A DNA stretch of 64,000 nucleotides from Tubiluchus corallicola (Eukaryota > Animalia > Priapulida): contig JAQGDQ010000261.1 of NCBI GenBank assembly GCA_030141605.1, positions 255,724 through 319,723 on the forward strand. Reading direction: 5' to 3'. Numbering within the stretch: the first letter of the stretch is position 1; each line of letters begins with the position of its first letter. Positions 41,553-53,375 of this stretch are shown one piece after another. The translations under genes were made by a program, and so were the position numbers. A model generated the notes under the pieces. That model saw only the letters and a program-made list of their open reading frames with translations, was not told the origin of the DNA and made no database searches.

Positions 41553-43139
41553 ATGGCGACATTTGAGCCAGAAATGTTTTGGAAAGGGGGCTTAGTAACT
41601 TTGCCCAGATTAGATAAACTCACAAAAGACAATTTACTTGCCCTGGCCGATTACCTGAATATTGAGTTGCCCACTAGTGCTGGAAAAGCAAAAATTATTG
41701 AAATTCTCGGGAACCCAGAAATTTTGAAAACAGCTAGACCACGTGAAGGGGAGAAATCTGTAATTAGTAAATCTCCTCATATTCCTGTGCATACTCCCAC
41801 GAGAACAGATAGGAATGAACTTGAGTTAGCAAAAATTGCACTCGAACGTGAAAGGATGGAACTTGAAAAATTAAGGTTGGAATATCAGGACAAAGAAAGG
41901 CAAAGGGATAGGGAGTACAACGTTAAGATGAAAGAGCTGGAATTATTAACAGCATCCACTAATTTGGGGGCTCAGCAAGCCAATAACCAAACTTTTGATG
42001 TTATAAAAAACATTCGCCTTGTACCTAAATTTAGTGAAACAGATGTTGAAATATTTTTTCTAACCTTTGAGAAAATTGCCAACAATCTCAAATGGCCAAA
42101 AGCTCATTGGCCTGTATTGTTACAAAGCAGTTTTACAGGTAAAGCACAGGAGATTTACTCTTCTCTACCCTCCACTCAGAGTTCAAATTATGAACAATTG
42201 AAATCCGCTGTGCTAAAGGCATATGAATTAGTACCAGAAGCCTATCGCCAACGATTTAGGAACAGTCGGAAAGCGTCAAATCAAACTTACGTCGAGTTTG
42301 CAAGAGATAAAGAAGTTATGTTAGACAGATGGTGTCGTTCATTAAACGTTGGGGAATCTTATGAAAAACTAAGACAAATGGTTTTACTGGAAGATTTTAA
42401 AAGCAGTATCCCTATGCAAATCAAAACGCATTTGGAGAATCAAAAGGTAGACTCTTTGCAAAAAGCGTCTGTTATGGCAGATGATTATGAATTAGCAAAT
42501 AAAACTAATTTTAAATCTGTACAGTGCACCTATTGTAACAAAAAAGGTCATGTTAAAACAGACTGCTTCAAATTTCTAGAAAAAGAAAAAACTGCTCATT
42601 CAGAAACTGTAAGCTCTAAAGGAGGCCGCCACCAAGATAATAAAGATGCATCGGGAGGAGGCTATGCACGTGATGGGCCTACATGTGCATATTGCCGCAA
42701 GAAAGGGCATCTCAGATCAGAGTGTCGGATTCTCTTACGACAAAAGCAGCGAGCCGGCTCTCCAGTTGCTTTTGCCCACAACTCTTCAAAAGAAGGTACC
42801 TATAGCAGTTTCCTATCGTCAGGTAAAGTGTCGCCAGTGTCGTCTGTGGACACAATTAAACCTGTTACAATTTTACGAGACACAGGAGCTGCTCAGTCAC
42901 TATTATTACAGGGTGTAATCCCTCTTGATGAAACTTCTTATACAAATGCTAGCGCTTTAATTCAAGGTATTGAAGGAGGATACATAGATGTACCACTTCA
43001 CAGAATCAACTTGAATTCGGACTATGTTAAAGGTCCCGTGACAGTAGGAATTGTTTCTCACATTCCAGTAGATGGAGTGTCCCTATTACTTGGCAATGAT
43101 GTTGCTGGGGATGAGGTTGTCACCTATTGTCACTCCTGA
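41553..43139 (+). CDS. gag: Retrotransposon Gag (SCAN-like capsid region, two CCHC knuckles) plus aspartic protease
   Basis: LKAYELVPEAYRQRFR capsid motif, CTYCNKKGHVKTDC and CAYCRKKGHLRSEC knuckles, LRDTGA protease site, LLGND protease end. Confidence 0.93.
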   Translation: MATFEPEMFWKGGLVTLPRLDKLTKDNLLALADYLNIELPTSAGKAKIIEILGNPEILKTARPREGEKSVISKSPHIPVHTPTRTDRNELELAKIALERERMELEKLRLEYQDKERQRDREYNVKMKELELLTASTNLGAQQANNQTFDVIKNIRLVPKFSETDVEIFFLTFEKIANNLKWPKAHWPVLLQSSFTGKAQEIYSSLPSTQSSNYEQLKSAVLKAYELVPEAYRQRFRNSRKASNQTYVEFARDKEVMLDRWCRSLNVGESYEKLRQMVLLEDFKSSIPMQIKTHLENQKVDSLQKASVMADDYELANKTNFKSVQCTYCNKKGHVKTDCFKFLEKEKTAHSETVSSKGGRHQDNKDASGGGYARDGPTCAYCRKKGHLRSECRILLRQKQRAGSPVAFAHNSSKEGTYSSFLSSGKVSPVSSVDTIKPVTILRDTGAAQSLLLQGVIPLDETSYTNASALIQGIEGGYIDVPLHRINLNSDYVKGPVTVGIVSHIPVDGVSLLLGNDVAGDEVVTYCHS

Positions 43140-46100
43140 GCCAAAAATGGATGCGGAAACTGAAATTCTTGAAGAAATGCATCCTGGAATTTTTCCTGCT
43201 TGTGTTGTAACAAGATCACAGGCTCAGACTAACAAAGATAGCAGCTCAGAACAAGTGGATGACAAAGATAGTTCACCACTGTCTACCTTCCCAAGAGAGA
43301 ACCAAAGTGGTTCGACGGCTTTAAGCCACACGTTTGCCGAACAGATGGATAAAAATTCACCAATATTATCTCTGAAACAAGAGGAACTTATTAAGGCACA
43401 GACAAATGATCCCTCTCTTAACAAGCTCTTTTCTCTAGTCATGTCACAAGAGGAAATTGACAATGTTTCAGAAGGCAACTACATGCAGTCTAAAGTACTC
43501 ATGAGAACGTGGAGACCACTAAATGCTCCTGCAGATGAAGATTGGCGTGTACACCACCAAATTGTAGTACCACAACGTTACCGTAAAGAACTAATGAAGA
43601 TAGCCCATGAATTGCCATTAGCCGGACACGCTGGTGTTAAGAAGACGCAAGATAAAATTTTACAACACTTCTTTTGGCCTAAGTTGAGAAAAGATGTTTC
43701 TCAATTTTGTAAAACTTGTCATGTGTGCCAAATGGTGGGCAAACCAAACCAGAAAATTCCTATAGCTCCACTTAATCCACTTCCAGTATTTGAGGAACCA
43801 TTCAGCAGAATCCTAATTGACTGTGTAGGGCCGCTGCCGAAAACCAAGTCAGGATATCAGTATCTTCTTACTATTATGGATTTGACGACGAGGTTTCCCG
43901 AAGCTATGCCTTTAAAGAAGATAACAGCTGCAGCAGTAGTTGATGCCTTACTGAAGTTCTTTACACAGTTTGGCCTGCCGAAGGAAATACAATCAGACCA
44001 AGGTTCTAACTTTATGGCAAATATTTTCCAACAAGTAATGTATGAGCTTGGTATAAAGCAATTAAAGTCTTCGGCATATCACCCACAAAGTCAAGGAGCT
44101 TTAGAGCGCTACCACCAAACTCTGAAAACAATGATGAAAATTTACTGCATTGAATATGCAAAGGATTGGGATAAAGGCATCAATTTCCTTTTGTTTGCTA
44201 CGCGTGATACTCCGTCGGAGTCATTGGGTTTTACCCCCTTTGAACTGGTGTTTGGCCACCAAGTTAGGGGACCTCTTAAACTCGTTAAAGAACAATGGCT
44301 TCAGGAACAGCAGCCAGAAAGCAATCTGCTAGATTATGTGTGCAACTTTAAAGAGAGACTTTACAGGGCATGTGAAATAGCTAAGGAGAACTTGAAAATT
44401 GCCCAAGGAAAAATGAAGAAAACGTACGACAAGCATGCTCAATGTAGGTCGTTCATAGTAGGTGACAAAGTACTCATTTTGCTACCAATACCAGGAGATC
44501 CATTAAAAGCAAAGTTCTCTGGTCCTTACGTAATCGAGAAAAAACTCAACAATGTCAACTACATTATCAGCACTCCTGACAGACGCAAAACGCATAGACT
44601 TTGTCACATCAACATGATGAAGCCCTACTATGAAAGAACAGAGGATACAAAAGGAAAGATCACAACTGCAACTAATCTTGCATTGAGCATAGTCAGTTCT
44701 GACAAGGATGTTGCAGGACAAGAGTCTGGAGAGTCACATGCTTTTGTTTCAGAAGCAACAGGCTACAGCAGCTTGCAAAATTCAGAGATATTGAAAAATC
44801 CATGCACTTTATTCACACATTTAAGCAAGCAACAACAAGATCAAATGGTTAATTTGTTCAGTCAGTGCAAGCAGCTATTTGCAGATGTACCTGGTAAAAC
44901 CAATGTATTGCAACATGACATTGATATAGGAGATGCTCAACCAATCAAGCAACACCCGTACAGAATGAATCCAGAAAAAACAGCACTAGTAAAAGCAGAA
45001 ATACAGTACATGCTTGACAATGGCATAATCGAACACAGTCAAAGCAATTTCAGCTCACCAATAGTACCACTTTATAAACAAGATGGTTCGATCCGAATTT
45101 GTATAGATTACAGAAAAGTAAATCAAATCACAAAAAGTGACAATTTCCCCATCCCAAGGGTTGATGATTGTATAGATCAGCTTGGGCAAGCAGTTTATGT
45201 TAGTAAATATGATTTGCTTAAGGGGTACTGGCAAATACCTTTAACCGACAGAGCTAAAGAAATATCAGCATTTGTAGTTGGTGATGGTTTATACCAATTT
45301 TCTGTTATACCTTTCGGGTTAAAAAATGCCCCGGCAACCTTTGTTCGTTTGATGACTAATGTAACAGCTGGTTTAACAAATTGTGTAACATATATAGATG
45401 ATGTAGTGATCTATAGTGAAAATTGGCATAATCACTTAGTATACACCAAGTCCTTTTTTGATAAACTGATTGCTGCAAATTTAGTGATTAACTTAAGTAA
45501 AAGTGAAATCGGTAAAGCTCAAGTAACTTACTTAGGTTACACTGTTGGACAGGGAAAGGTTTTGCCACGCGAAGCCAAAATCAAAGCTATACTAGATCTT
45601 CCACCACCCACTACTAAACGAGAACTCATGCGATTTTTGGGAATGGTGGGTTACTACCGAAAATTTGTATCAAATTTTGCTACTTTAGCTACACCCCTTA
45701 CCAAACTGCTCACGAAGAATACAGAGTTTTGTTGGTCATCAGCCTGTCAAGAAGCTTTTGACAAGCTTAGATCTGTACTTAGTACCAAACCTGTGCTGAA
45801 AGCACCAGATTTTCAGCATCCTTTCAAGTTAGCAGTCGATGCTAGCGATGTAGCAGTAGGCGCTGCTTTGCTACAAGATGAGGATGGTGTAGAACATCCG
45901 GTCGCCTATTTTTCTAAGAAACTGCTAAAACATCAGATCCCTTATTCCACTATTGAGAAGGAAACATTAGCATTGATTTTGGCTATGCAACATTTCGAGA
46001 TTTATGTTACTTGTAATCACTCACCCACTGTTGTATTTACGGACCATAATCCATTGACATTTTTACACAGATTCAGAAATAAGAATCAACGTTTATTGCG

Positions 46101-46200
46101 ATGGAGTCTGTTCCTCCAACAGTATGATTTAGTTATTGTACATGTCAAGGGTAAAGACAATGTGTTAGCGGACACCTTATCAAGATACTGTTTAAAGTGA
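43072..46200 (+). CDS. pol: Retrotransposon Pol: integrase, reverse transcriptase, RNase H (the listed start is not a real initiator; the frame is reached by +1 shift)
   Basis: HHCC (AHELPLAGH...CHVC), DDE core (IDCVGP, SDQGSNF, GALER), GPY module, then RT (CIDYRKVN, DLLKGYWQ, PFGLKNAP, YIDD), then RNase H (VDASD, EKE, TDHNPL, ADTLSR). Confidence 0.95.
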   Translation: MECPYYLAMMLLGMRLSPIVTPEPKMDAETEILEEMHPGIFPACVVTRSQAQTNKDSSSEQVDDKDSSPLSTFPRENQSGSTALSHTFAEQMDKNSPILSLKQEELIKAQTNDPSLNKLFSLVMSQEEIDNVSEGNYMQSKVLMRTWRPLNAPADEDWRVHHQIVVPQRYRKELMKIAHELPLAGHAGVKKTQDKILQHFFWPKLRKDVSQFCKTCHVCQMVGKPNQKIPIAPLNPLPVFEEPFSRILIDCVGPLPKTKSGYQYLLTIMDLTTRFPEAMPLKKITAAAVVDALLKFFTQFGLPKEIQSDQGSNFMANIFQQVMYELGIKQLKSSAYHPQSQGALERYHQTLKTMMKIYCIEYAKDWDKGINFLLFATRDTPSESLGFTPFELVFGHQVRGPLKLVKEQWLQEQQPESNLLDYVCNFKERLYRACEIAKENLKIAQGKMKKTYDKHAQCRSFIVGDKVLILLPIPGDPLKAKFSGPYVIEKKLNNVNYIISTPDRRKTHRLCHINMMKPYYERTEDTKGKITTATNLALSIVSSDKDVAGQESGESHAFVSEATGYSSLQNSEILKNPCTLFTHLSKQQQDQMVNLFSQCKQLFADVPGKTNVLQHDIDIGDAQPIKQHPYRMNPEKTALVKAEIQYMLDNGIIEHSQSNFSSPIVPLYKQDGSIRICIDYRKVNQITKSDNFPIPRVDDCIDQLGQAVYVSKYDLLKGYWQIPLTDRAKEISAFVVGDGLYQFSVIPFGLKNAPATFVRLMTNVTAGLTNCVTYIDDVVIYSENWHNHLVYTKSFFDKLIAANLVINLSKSEIGKAQVTYLGYTVGQGKVLPREAKIKAILDLPPPTTKRELMRFLGMVGYYRKFVSNFATLATPLTKLLTKNTEFCWSSACQEAFDKLRSVLSTKPVLKAPDFQHPFKLAVDASDVAVGAALLQDEDGVEHPVAYFSKKLLKHQIPYSTIEKETLALILAMQHFEIYVTCNHSPTVVFTDHNPLTFLHRFRNKNQRLLRWSLFLQQYDLVIVHVKGKDNVLADTLSRYCLK

Positions 46201-46246
46201 ACCTAAACAAAAAAAACACAGTTTTTTTTTCTTATGGGGGGTGAGA

Positions 46247-46294
46247 TGTTATGACCCGCCTGCCGATTTTAGTTTAAACGCCAGGTTGGCTTCT
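46247..46294 (+). repeat. Truncated 3' LTR, 48 bp
   Basis: Identical to 40263-40310, then switches directly into the 44-bp satellite. Confidence 0.9.
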
Positions 46295-49200
46295 ATTATC
46301 TCACCTTTCACTAATGCACTAAAGCTGACCTGTCAATAATTGTCTCACCTTTCACTAATGCACTAAAGCTGACCTGTCAATAATTAATTCACCTTTCAAT
46401 AAGGCAGTAAAGCTGACCTGTCAATAATTATCTCACCTTTCACTAATGTAAAAAAAGCTGACCCGTCAGTAATTATCTCACCGTTCACTAATGCAGTAAA
46501 GCTGACTTGTCAATAATTAACTCACCTTTCACTAAGGCATTAAAGCTGACCTGTCAATAATTATTTCACCTTTCACTAAGGCAGTAAAGCTGACCTGTCA
46601 ATAATTATCTCACCTGTCACTAATACAGTAACGCTGACCTGTCAATAATTAACTCACCTTTCACTAAGGCAGTAAAGTTGACCTGTCAATAATTAACTCA
46701 CCTTTCACTAAGGCAGTAAAGTTGACCTGTCAATAATTATCTCACCTTTCACTAATGCAAAAAAACCTGACCTGTCAATAATTATCTCACCTTTCACTAA
46801 TGCAGTAAAGCTGACTTGTCAATAATTATCTCACCTTTCACTAATGTAAAAAAAGCTGACCCGTCAGTAATTATCTCACCGTTCACTAATGCAGTAAAGC
46901 TGACCTGTCAATAATTATCTCACCTTTCACTAATGCAGTAAAGCAGACCTGTCAATAATTATCTCACCTTTCACTAATGTAAAAAAGCTGACCCGTCAGT
47001 AATTATCTCACCATTCACTAATGCAGTAAAGCTGACCTGTCAATAATTATTTCACCTTTCACTAATGCAGTAAAGCTGACCTGTCAATAATTATCTCACC
47101 TTTCACTAATGCAGTAAAGCTGACCTGTCAATAATTAACTCACCTTTCAATAAGGCAGTAAAGCTGACCTGTCAATAATTATCTCACCGTTCACTAATGC
47201 AGTAAAGCTGACCTGTCAATAATTGTCTCACATGTCACTAAGGCAGTAAAGCTGACCTGTCAATAATTATCTCACCTGTCACTAATGCAGTAAAGCTGAC
47301 CTGTCAATAATTATCTCACCTTTCAATAATGCAGTAAAGCTGACCTGTCAATAATTATCTCACCTTTCACTAATGCAAAAAAACCTGACCGGTCAATAAT
47401 TATCTCACATTTCACTAATGCATTAAAGCTGACCTGTCAATAATTATCTCACCTTTCACTAAGGCAGTAAAGCTGACCTGTCAATAATTAACTCACCTTT
47501 CACTAAGGCATTAAAGCTGACCTGTCAATAATTATCTCACCGTTCACTAATGCAGTAAAGCTGACCTGTCAATAATTGTCTCACATGTCACTAAGGCAGT
47601 AAAGCTGACCTGTCAATAATTATCTCACCTGTCACTAATGCAGTAAAGCTGACCTGTCAATAATTATCTCACCTTTCAATAATGCAGTAAAGCTGACCTG
47701 TCAATAATTATCTCACCTTTCACTAATGCAAAAAAACCTGACCGGTCAATAATTATCTCACATTTCACTAATGCATTAAAGCTGACCTGTCAATAATTAT
47801 CTCACCTTTCACTAAGGCAGTAAAGCTGACCTGTCAATAATTAACTCACCTTTCACTAAGGCATTAAAGCTGACCTGTCAATAATTATTTCACCTTTCAC
47901 TAAGGCAGTAAAGCTGACCTGTCAATAATTATCTCACCTGTCACTAATACAGTAACGCTGACCTGTCAATAATTAACTCACCTTTCACTAAGGCAGTAAA
48001 GTTGACCTGTCAATAATTAACTCACTTTTCACTAAGGCAGTAAAGTTGACCTGTCAATAATTATCTCACCTTTCACTAATGCAAAAAAACCTGACCTGTC
48101 AATAATTATCTCACCTTTCACTAATGCAGTAAAGCTGACCTGTCACTAATTATCTCACCTTTCACTAAGGCAGTAAAGCTGACCTGTCAATAATTATCTC
48201 ACCTTTCACTAATGCAGTAAAGCTGACCTGTCAATAATTATCTCACCTTCACTAAGGCAGTAAAGTTGACCTGTGAATAATTAACTCACCGTTCACTAAT
48301 GCAGTAAAGCTGACCTGTCAATAATTATCTCACCTTTCACTAAGGCAGTAAAGCTGACCTGTCAACAATTATCTCACCTTTCACTAAGGCAGTAAAGTTG
48401 ACCTGTCAATAATTAACTGACCTTTTACTAATGCAGTAAAGCTGACCTGTCAATAATTATCACACCTTTCACTAAGGCAGTAAAGCTGACCTGTCAATAA
48501 TTATCTCACCTGTCACTAATGCAGTAAAGCTGACCTGTCAACAATTATCTCACATGTCACTAATGCAGTAAAGCTGACCTGTCAATAATTAACTCACCTT
48601 TCACTAAGGCCGTAAAGTTGACCTGTCAATAATTAACTCACCTTTCGCTAAGGCAGTAAAGTTGACCTGTCAATAATTATCTCACCTTTCACTAAAGCAA
48701 AAAAACCTGACCTGTCAATAATTATCTCACATTTCACTAATGCATTAAAGCTGACCTGTCAATAATTATCTCACCTTTCACTAAGGCAGTAAAGCTGACC
48801 TGTCAATAATTATCTCACCTGTCACTAATGCAGTAAAGCTGACCTGTCAATAATTATCTCACCTGTCACTAATGCAGTAAAGCTGACCTGTCAATAATTA
48901 TCTCACCTTTCACTAATGCAGTAAAGCTGACCTGTCAATAATTATCTCACCTGTCACTAATGCAGTAAAGCTGACCTGTCAATAATTATCACACCTTTCA
49001 CTAATGCAGTAAAGCTGACCTGTCAATAATTATCTCACATGTCACTAATGCAGTAAAGCTGACCTGTCAATAATTATCTCACATGTCACTAATGCAGTAA
49101 AGCTGACCTGACAATAATTATCTCACCTTTCACTAAGGCAGTAAAGTTGACCTGTCAATAATTAACTCACCTTTCACTAAGGCAGTAAAGTTGACCTGTC

Positions 49201-49304
49201 AATAATTAACTCACCTTTCACTAAGGCAGTAAAGTTGACCTGTCAATAATTAACTCACCTTTCACTAAGGCAGTAAAGTTGACCTGTCAATAATTAACTC
49301 ACCT
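46295..49304. repeat. 44-bp satellite, block right of the retrotransposon, about 68 copies, ending at the junctophilin splice donor
   Basis: Same unit; the last copy's ctcacct is the exon donor at 49302. Confidence 0.97.
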
Positions 49305-49421
49305 GGCTGATAGAAATCCGGAGCAAAATGTTTGGCGTTCACTTTAGCAGCAGATGCATCATTCTCCGCTTTCTTAGCTGCTATTTCAGCATCATCTACT
49401 TTTCTTCGAGCGCTTATTGTT
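49303..49421 (-). CDS. JPH: Junctophilin exon (end of alpha-helical domain)
   Basis: Not in the ORF track. Acceptor tacttgcag|A, donor CCAG|gtgagt, 119 bp, phase 2 to 1, compatible with both neighbours. Reads (R)TISARRKVDDAEIAAKKAENDASAAKVNAKHFAPDFYQP(G); APDFYQPG is a conserved junctophilin motif. Confidence 0.93.
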
Positions 49422-50591
49422 CTGCAAGTAAAATACTCTGTGTCAGCAAATCCGTCATAACTGGAAAGGTACCAAAATAAGACTTAAAGACTGACAATAC
49501 AATCTGTCAAGTATAGGACTCTCTCTGACCGCTGTCCATAGTGGTCAGATTTTGTTTTGTCGCAGCAGTTTTCGGCCATTTGGTGTTTTTAAATGCAGGG
49601 TAGTATCGCCTGCGATTGTAGACCAAATCTGACCATTGTCCAGTACAAGTCGTCTGATTTTTACTTTGCCTCAGCCAATCCCGTCACATTCTGAAACAGT
49701 GCAATGTCTCCCGGATTTTGGTAGCAAAATTAACTATGTACTTTATGATGTAGTTTTCTGCCCCTTTCGGGGGTACCCCTTCGTGCCCCCTTCCAGGCAT
49801 CCCGACAGCTCATTATAAGACAGGTAATTTTATGTATGCCTAAATTAGTACCACACACCCAGACACCTAAACCTTTTCTACTTTATCATGTGCTATTTCG
49901 TCACAGGTTCTTGGACTATAAGCTTTCCATCGAGTTTATTACACGGCCTGGCCTGACTTAGACGCATCCTACCCACTTCCCAACATGCATCCGTCCAAGA
50001 TGGCTTCATGAGATAGTGAAACTATTTTTATTGCACAGACTTGGAAGCCAAAGTGAATAAAAGCTATATCGCATTATGAAATGCTCTATTAAACAATCTG
50101 GCAGTCAGTAATAATTAACAAATTTTCCATTTGGACGTGAAAAGGTTCATTGTTTTTAGACACACAGGCATTTTATAAAACAGTGAATGAAAAATTAGAC
50201 AATGCATTGTGATGGCTGTAAGTAAAGAGTCACGGTGTCTCTGAAGTTAAGCAACACAAGACCTGAGTAGTAAATGGCTCGATGAGTGTCAGAAAATTCG
50301 CCTTGACAGATTTCGTGTTACCTGATTAGCTACTTTGTTAAGGGATGACTTATGGACATTTGAAAATGACCAAGACACCTCTGTATGTTATCCTAGAGGA
50401 ATTATCCTTGATAATCAGATAAGTTCCAATCCCGTCATAAGTATCTCATAATTATATAGCCCTTGTACACCAGCTTGCAGCGTGAGATGAGGTAACAGAA
50501 GCCTATAAGAATACTCGACGGCCCCAACACCGTTTTCCCATTTTCACCCTTGCCAATCGCCACAGGAACTGTGTCTGCTTTATTTAAAAAA

Positions 50592-51504
50592 TGGCTTATT
50601 GGTCGACAGTGCTGACCATCAGCTACTGCAAGCAGTGGCTTATTGGTCGACAGTGCTGATCATCAGCTACTGCAAGCACTGGCTTATTGGTCGACAGTGC
50701 TGATCATCAGCTACTGCAAGCACTGGCTTATTGGTTGACAGTGCTGATCATCAGCTACTGCAAGCACTGGCTTATTGGTCGACAGTGCTGGCCATCAGCT
50801 ACTGCAAGCACTGGCTTATTGGCCGACATTGCTGATCATCAGCTACTGCAAGCACTGGCTTATTGGCCGACATTGCTGATCATCAGCTACTGCAAGCACT
50901 GGCTTATTGGTCAACAGCGCTGATCGTCAGCTACTGCAAGCACTGGCTTATTGGTCAACAGCGCTGATCGTCAGCTACTGCAAGCACTGGCTTATTGGTC
51001 GACAGTGCTGATCGTCAGCTACTGCAAGCACTGGCTTATTGGTCAACAGTGTTGATCATCAGCTACTACAAGCACTGGCTTATTGGTCGACAGTGCTGAT
51101 CATCAGGTACTGCAAGCACAGGCTTATTGGTCAACAGTGCTGATCGTCAGCTACTGCAAGCACTGGCTTATTGGTCAACAGCGCTGATCGTCAGCTACTG
51201 CAAGCACTGGCTTATTGGTCGACAGTGCTGATCGTCAGCTACTGCAAGCACTGGCTTATTGGTCAACAGTATTGATCATCAGCTACTACAAGCACTGGCT
51301 TATTGGTCGACAGTGCTGATCGTCGGTTACTGCAAGCACTGGCTTATTGGTCAACAGTGTTGATCATCAGCTACTGCAAGCACTGGCTTATTGGTCGACA
51401 GTGCTGATCATCAGCTACTACAAGCACTGGCTTATTGGTCGACAGTGCTGATCATCAGCTACTACAAGCACTGGCTTATTGGTCGACATTGCTGACCATC
51501 AGCT
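50592..51504. repeat. Unrelated 44-bp tandem repeat, about 20 copies
   Basis: ggcttattggtcgacagtgctgatcatcagctactgcaagcact. Confidence 0.97.
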
Positions 51505-53184
51505 TGCATCTCGAGTAGCCATGCAGAAAAGCTCATACCTACAAATGCTGTGTTGACTTACAATAAGGACATGGACATGAATTCAAGGTTACTTAACAGG
51601 AACTCGATAATAGGAGTAAAAATGACCAGATAGACATAAGAAGATAACATTGTTGTTTGACCCATCCTATAATTTCGGTGTCTAATGTAAGTTTCATGAC
51701 TTTTGGTATGGATGTCCATGAATTACATTAAGATCCTCAAAATAAAAAAAAATTCTGTATAAATCTGTATAAAAACATGCAAAAAGCTTGTCGTGGTGAC
51801 TGTTGCATGTGATGAATCAGGGGCTACGTATTAGTCAAGACATGAGCGGCTTAGTTTGTCGTACCGCATTAATGTCTGTTCCGCAACTTTCTTTTATTAT
51901 ATAATAACTACAACTTTCTCTACATAATCTCAAATTTTCATTATTGTCTTTGTCACTGGCACTTAAAAATTTTGACTTTTGGGTTTGAAGTGATTACTAT
52001 AGCAAACATTCATCTTTTTTTACAGTTGCTCAATTTTTTTATAAGTCATAAAGTCATAAGTCATTTATTTCACATTACACATTTACAATAGTTACATATA
52101 CAATATCTAGTGAAAGGGCTTACAATGAACATAATACAAATAAGAAATACTGCACAGGAAAAGTCTCAAACACTGTTCACCTATATACGAAGGTAAATGT
52201 GTTGCGGGCAATCAAAAAGCAGGGCTTGCTAGATTGTCCCACACAGTGAAAGAAAAAAAGTAATGGAAATAATCTGAAAATTTAAAGTGAATCGTGATAA
52301 AAAAACATTAGTGCTTAATATGGAATGATGTAATGAATGAAGCTCATATATGGGATGATATAAAAGATAGAAAGACTATTATTTGTTAATAGTATGTAAA
52401 ATTAAGATAACTTGATTAAGCTAACACTGTTATGCAATTTTGATTACTCACTGATACTTACTTAGAATTTGATTGTTTAGCATTTTTTTAAATCTAGTAA
52501 TAGAGATTTATACAATTTACTACTCATCAGCTGACGAGTTGTCAGAGCTGTCATAATATTAAATGACTAATATGTCGTAATATTAAACGAAAGCACTTCA
52601 CTAAGTGCAGAAAACCAAACATCCTCAAAGAACTGGGACATACAGATGATCGTGACGTAGCTAAACAAAAATCGCTTCTTTAGTTGAAGTGGACCGCCTA
52701 GAATGCAGCAGACGCCACGTGTTTTCGTAAAGAGGATTTGAAAACTCACAGCGTGCAGCTTAGCCAAGCGAAAACTTCTGATGCTTAAACACATTTTTGC
52801 CATGACACAGTTGCTTCTTCAACAGATCAAACAGATTTTCACTTCGTGACCTTGACACAATCACCCCCCAGTTGGCTAGCTAATGTTACTTCTTCAATAA
52901 TAACAATCCTTCACTTTTGCTTTCTGTTTCCATGTTTAGGTGAAGAGTATTTATACCTGTTCCATGGCTCCTGCTAGCTGATCTTTTGATTAACAAATTA
53001 ATGTGTACAAGCAACATGTTTTTGTAAGCAAGCAAAACCCCCAATGTTCACATTATGTTCTCTTCCATGTGCAACATGCTATTCTCTGCACAGTATTCTA
53101 TTCCACTCACAATCTTTTATTGCATGCCACAGTACACTTTTATCAGACACATTATGAAAGGAGTTTACAATTTTCGCACACAAT

Positions 53185-53258
53185 CTAACCCTAACCCTGA
53201 TCCTAACCCACCCTAACCCTATTCCGAATCATAACCCAAGCCCTAACCTTAACCCTAA
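53185..53258. repeat. Short degenerate (TAACCC)n tract
   Basis: ctaaccctaaccctgatcctaacccaccctaaccct...cctaaccttaaccctaa. Confidence 0.7.
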
Positions 53259-53375
53259 TTCGCTTCACGGGGAATTGTAATCTTTAGCACAGTTTGTCAC
53301 CTACACAGGATCCAACTCCACTATTCTATTCAACATACTATGTTCATCCCCACTCACTGTATTGTATTCCAGCTA

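Larger units (their letters stand above)
40263..46294 (+). mobile_element. Gmr1-like Ty3/gypsy LTR retrotransposon (gag-PR-INT-RT-RH), 3' LTR truncated
   Basis: 5' LTR TGTTATG...CATAACA, PBS, ~1-kb leader, gag-protease ORF, integrase-RT-RNase H ORF, purine tract ATGGGGGGTGAGA at 46234-46246, then 48 bp identical to the LTR start. Confidence 0.95.

Noticed and set aside
52045-52560. Possible 3' end of a LINE on the minus strand
   Set aside because: Tail-like gtcataa repeats and composition are suggestive, but no recognisable RT residues could be read.
53185-53258. Telomere or chromosome fusion site
   Set aside because: Only about 70 bp, degenerate and single orientation; such tracts are common inside transposon remnants.
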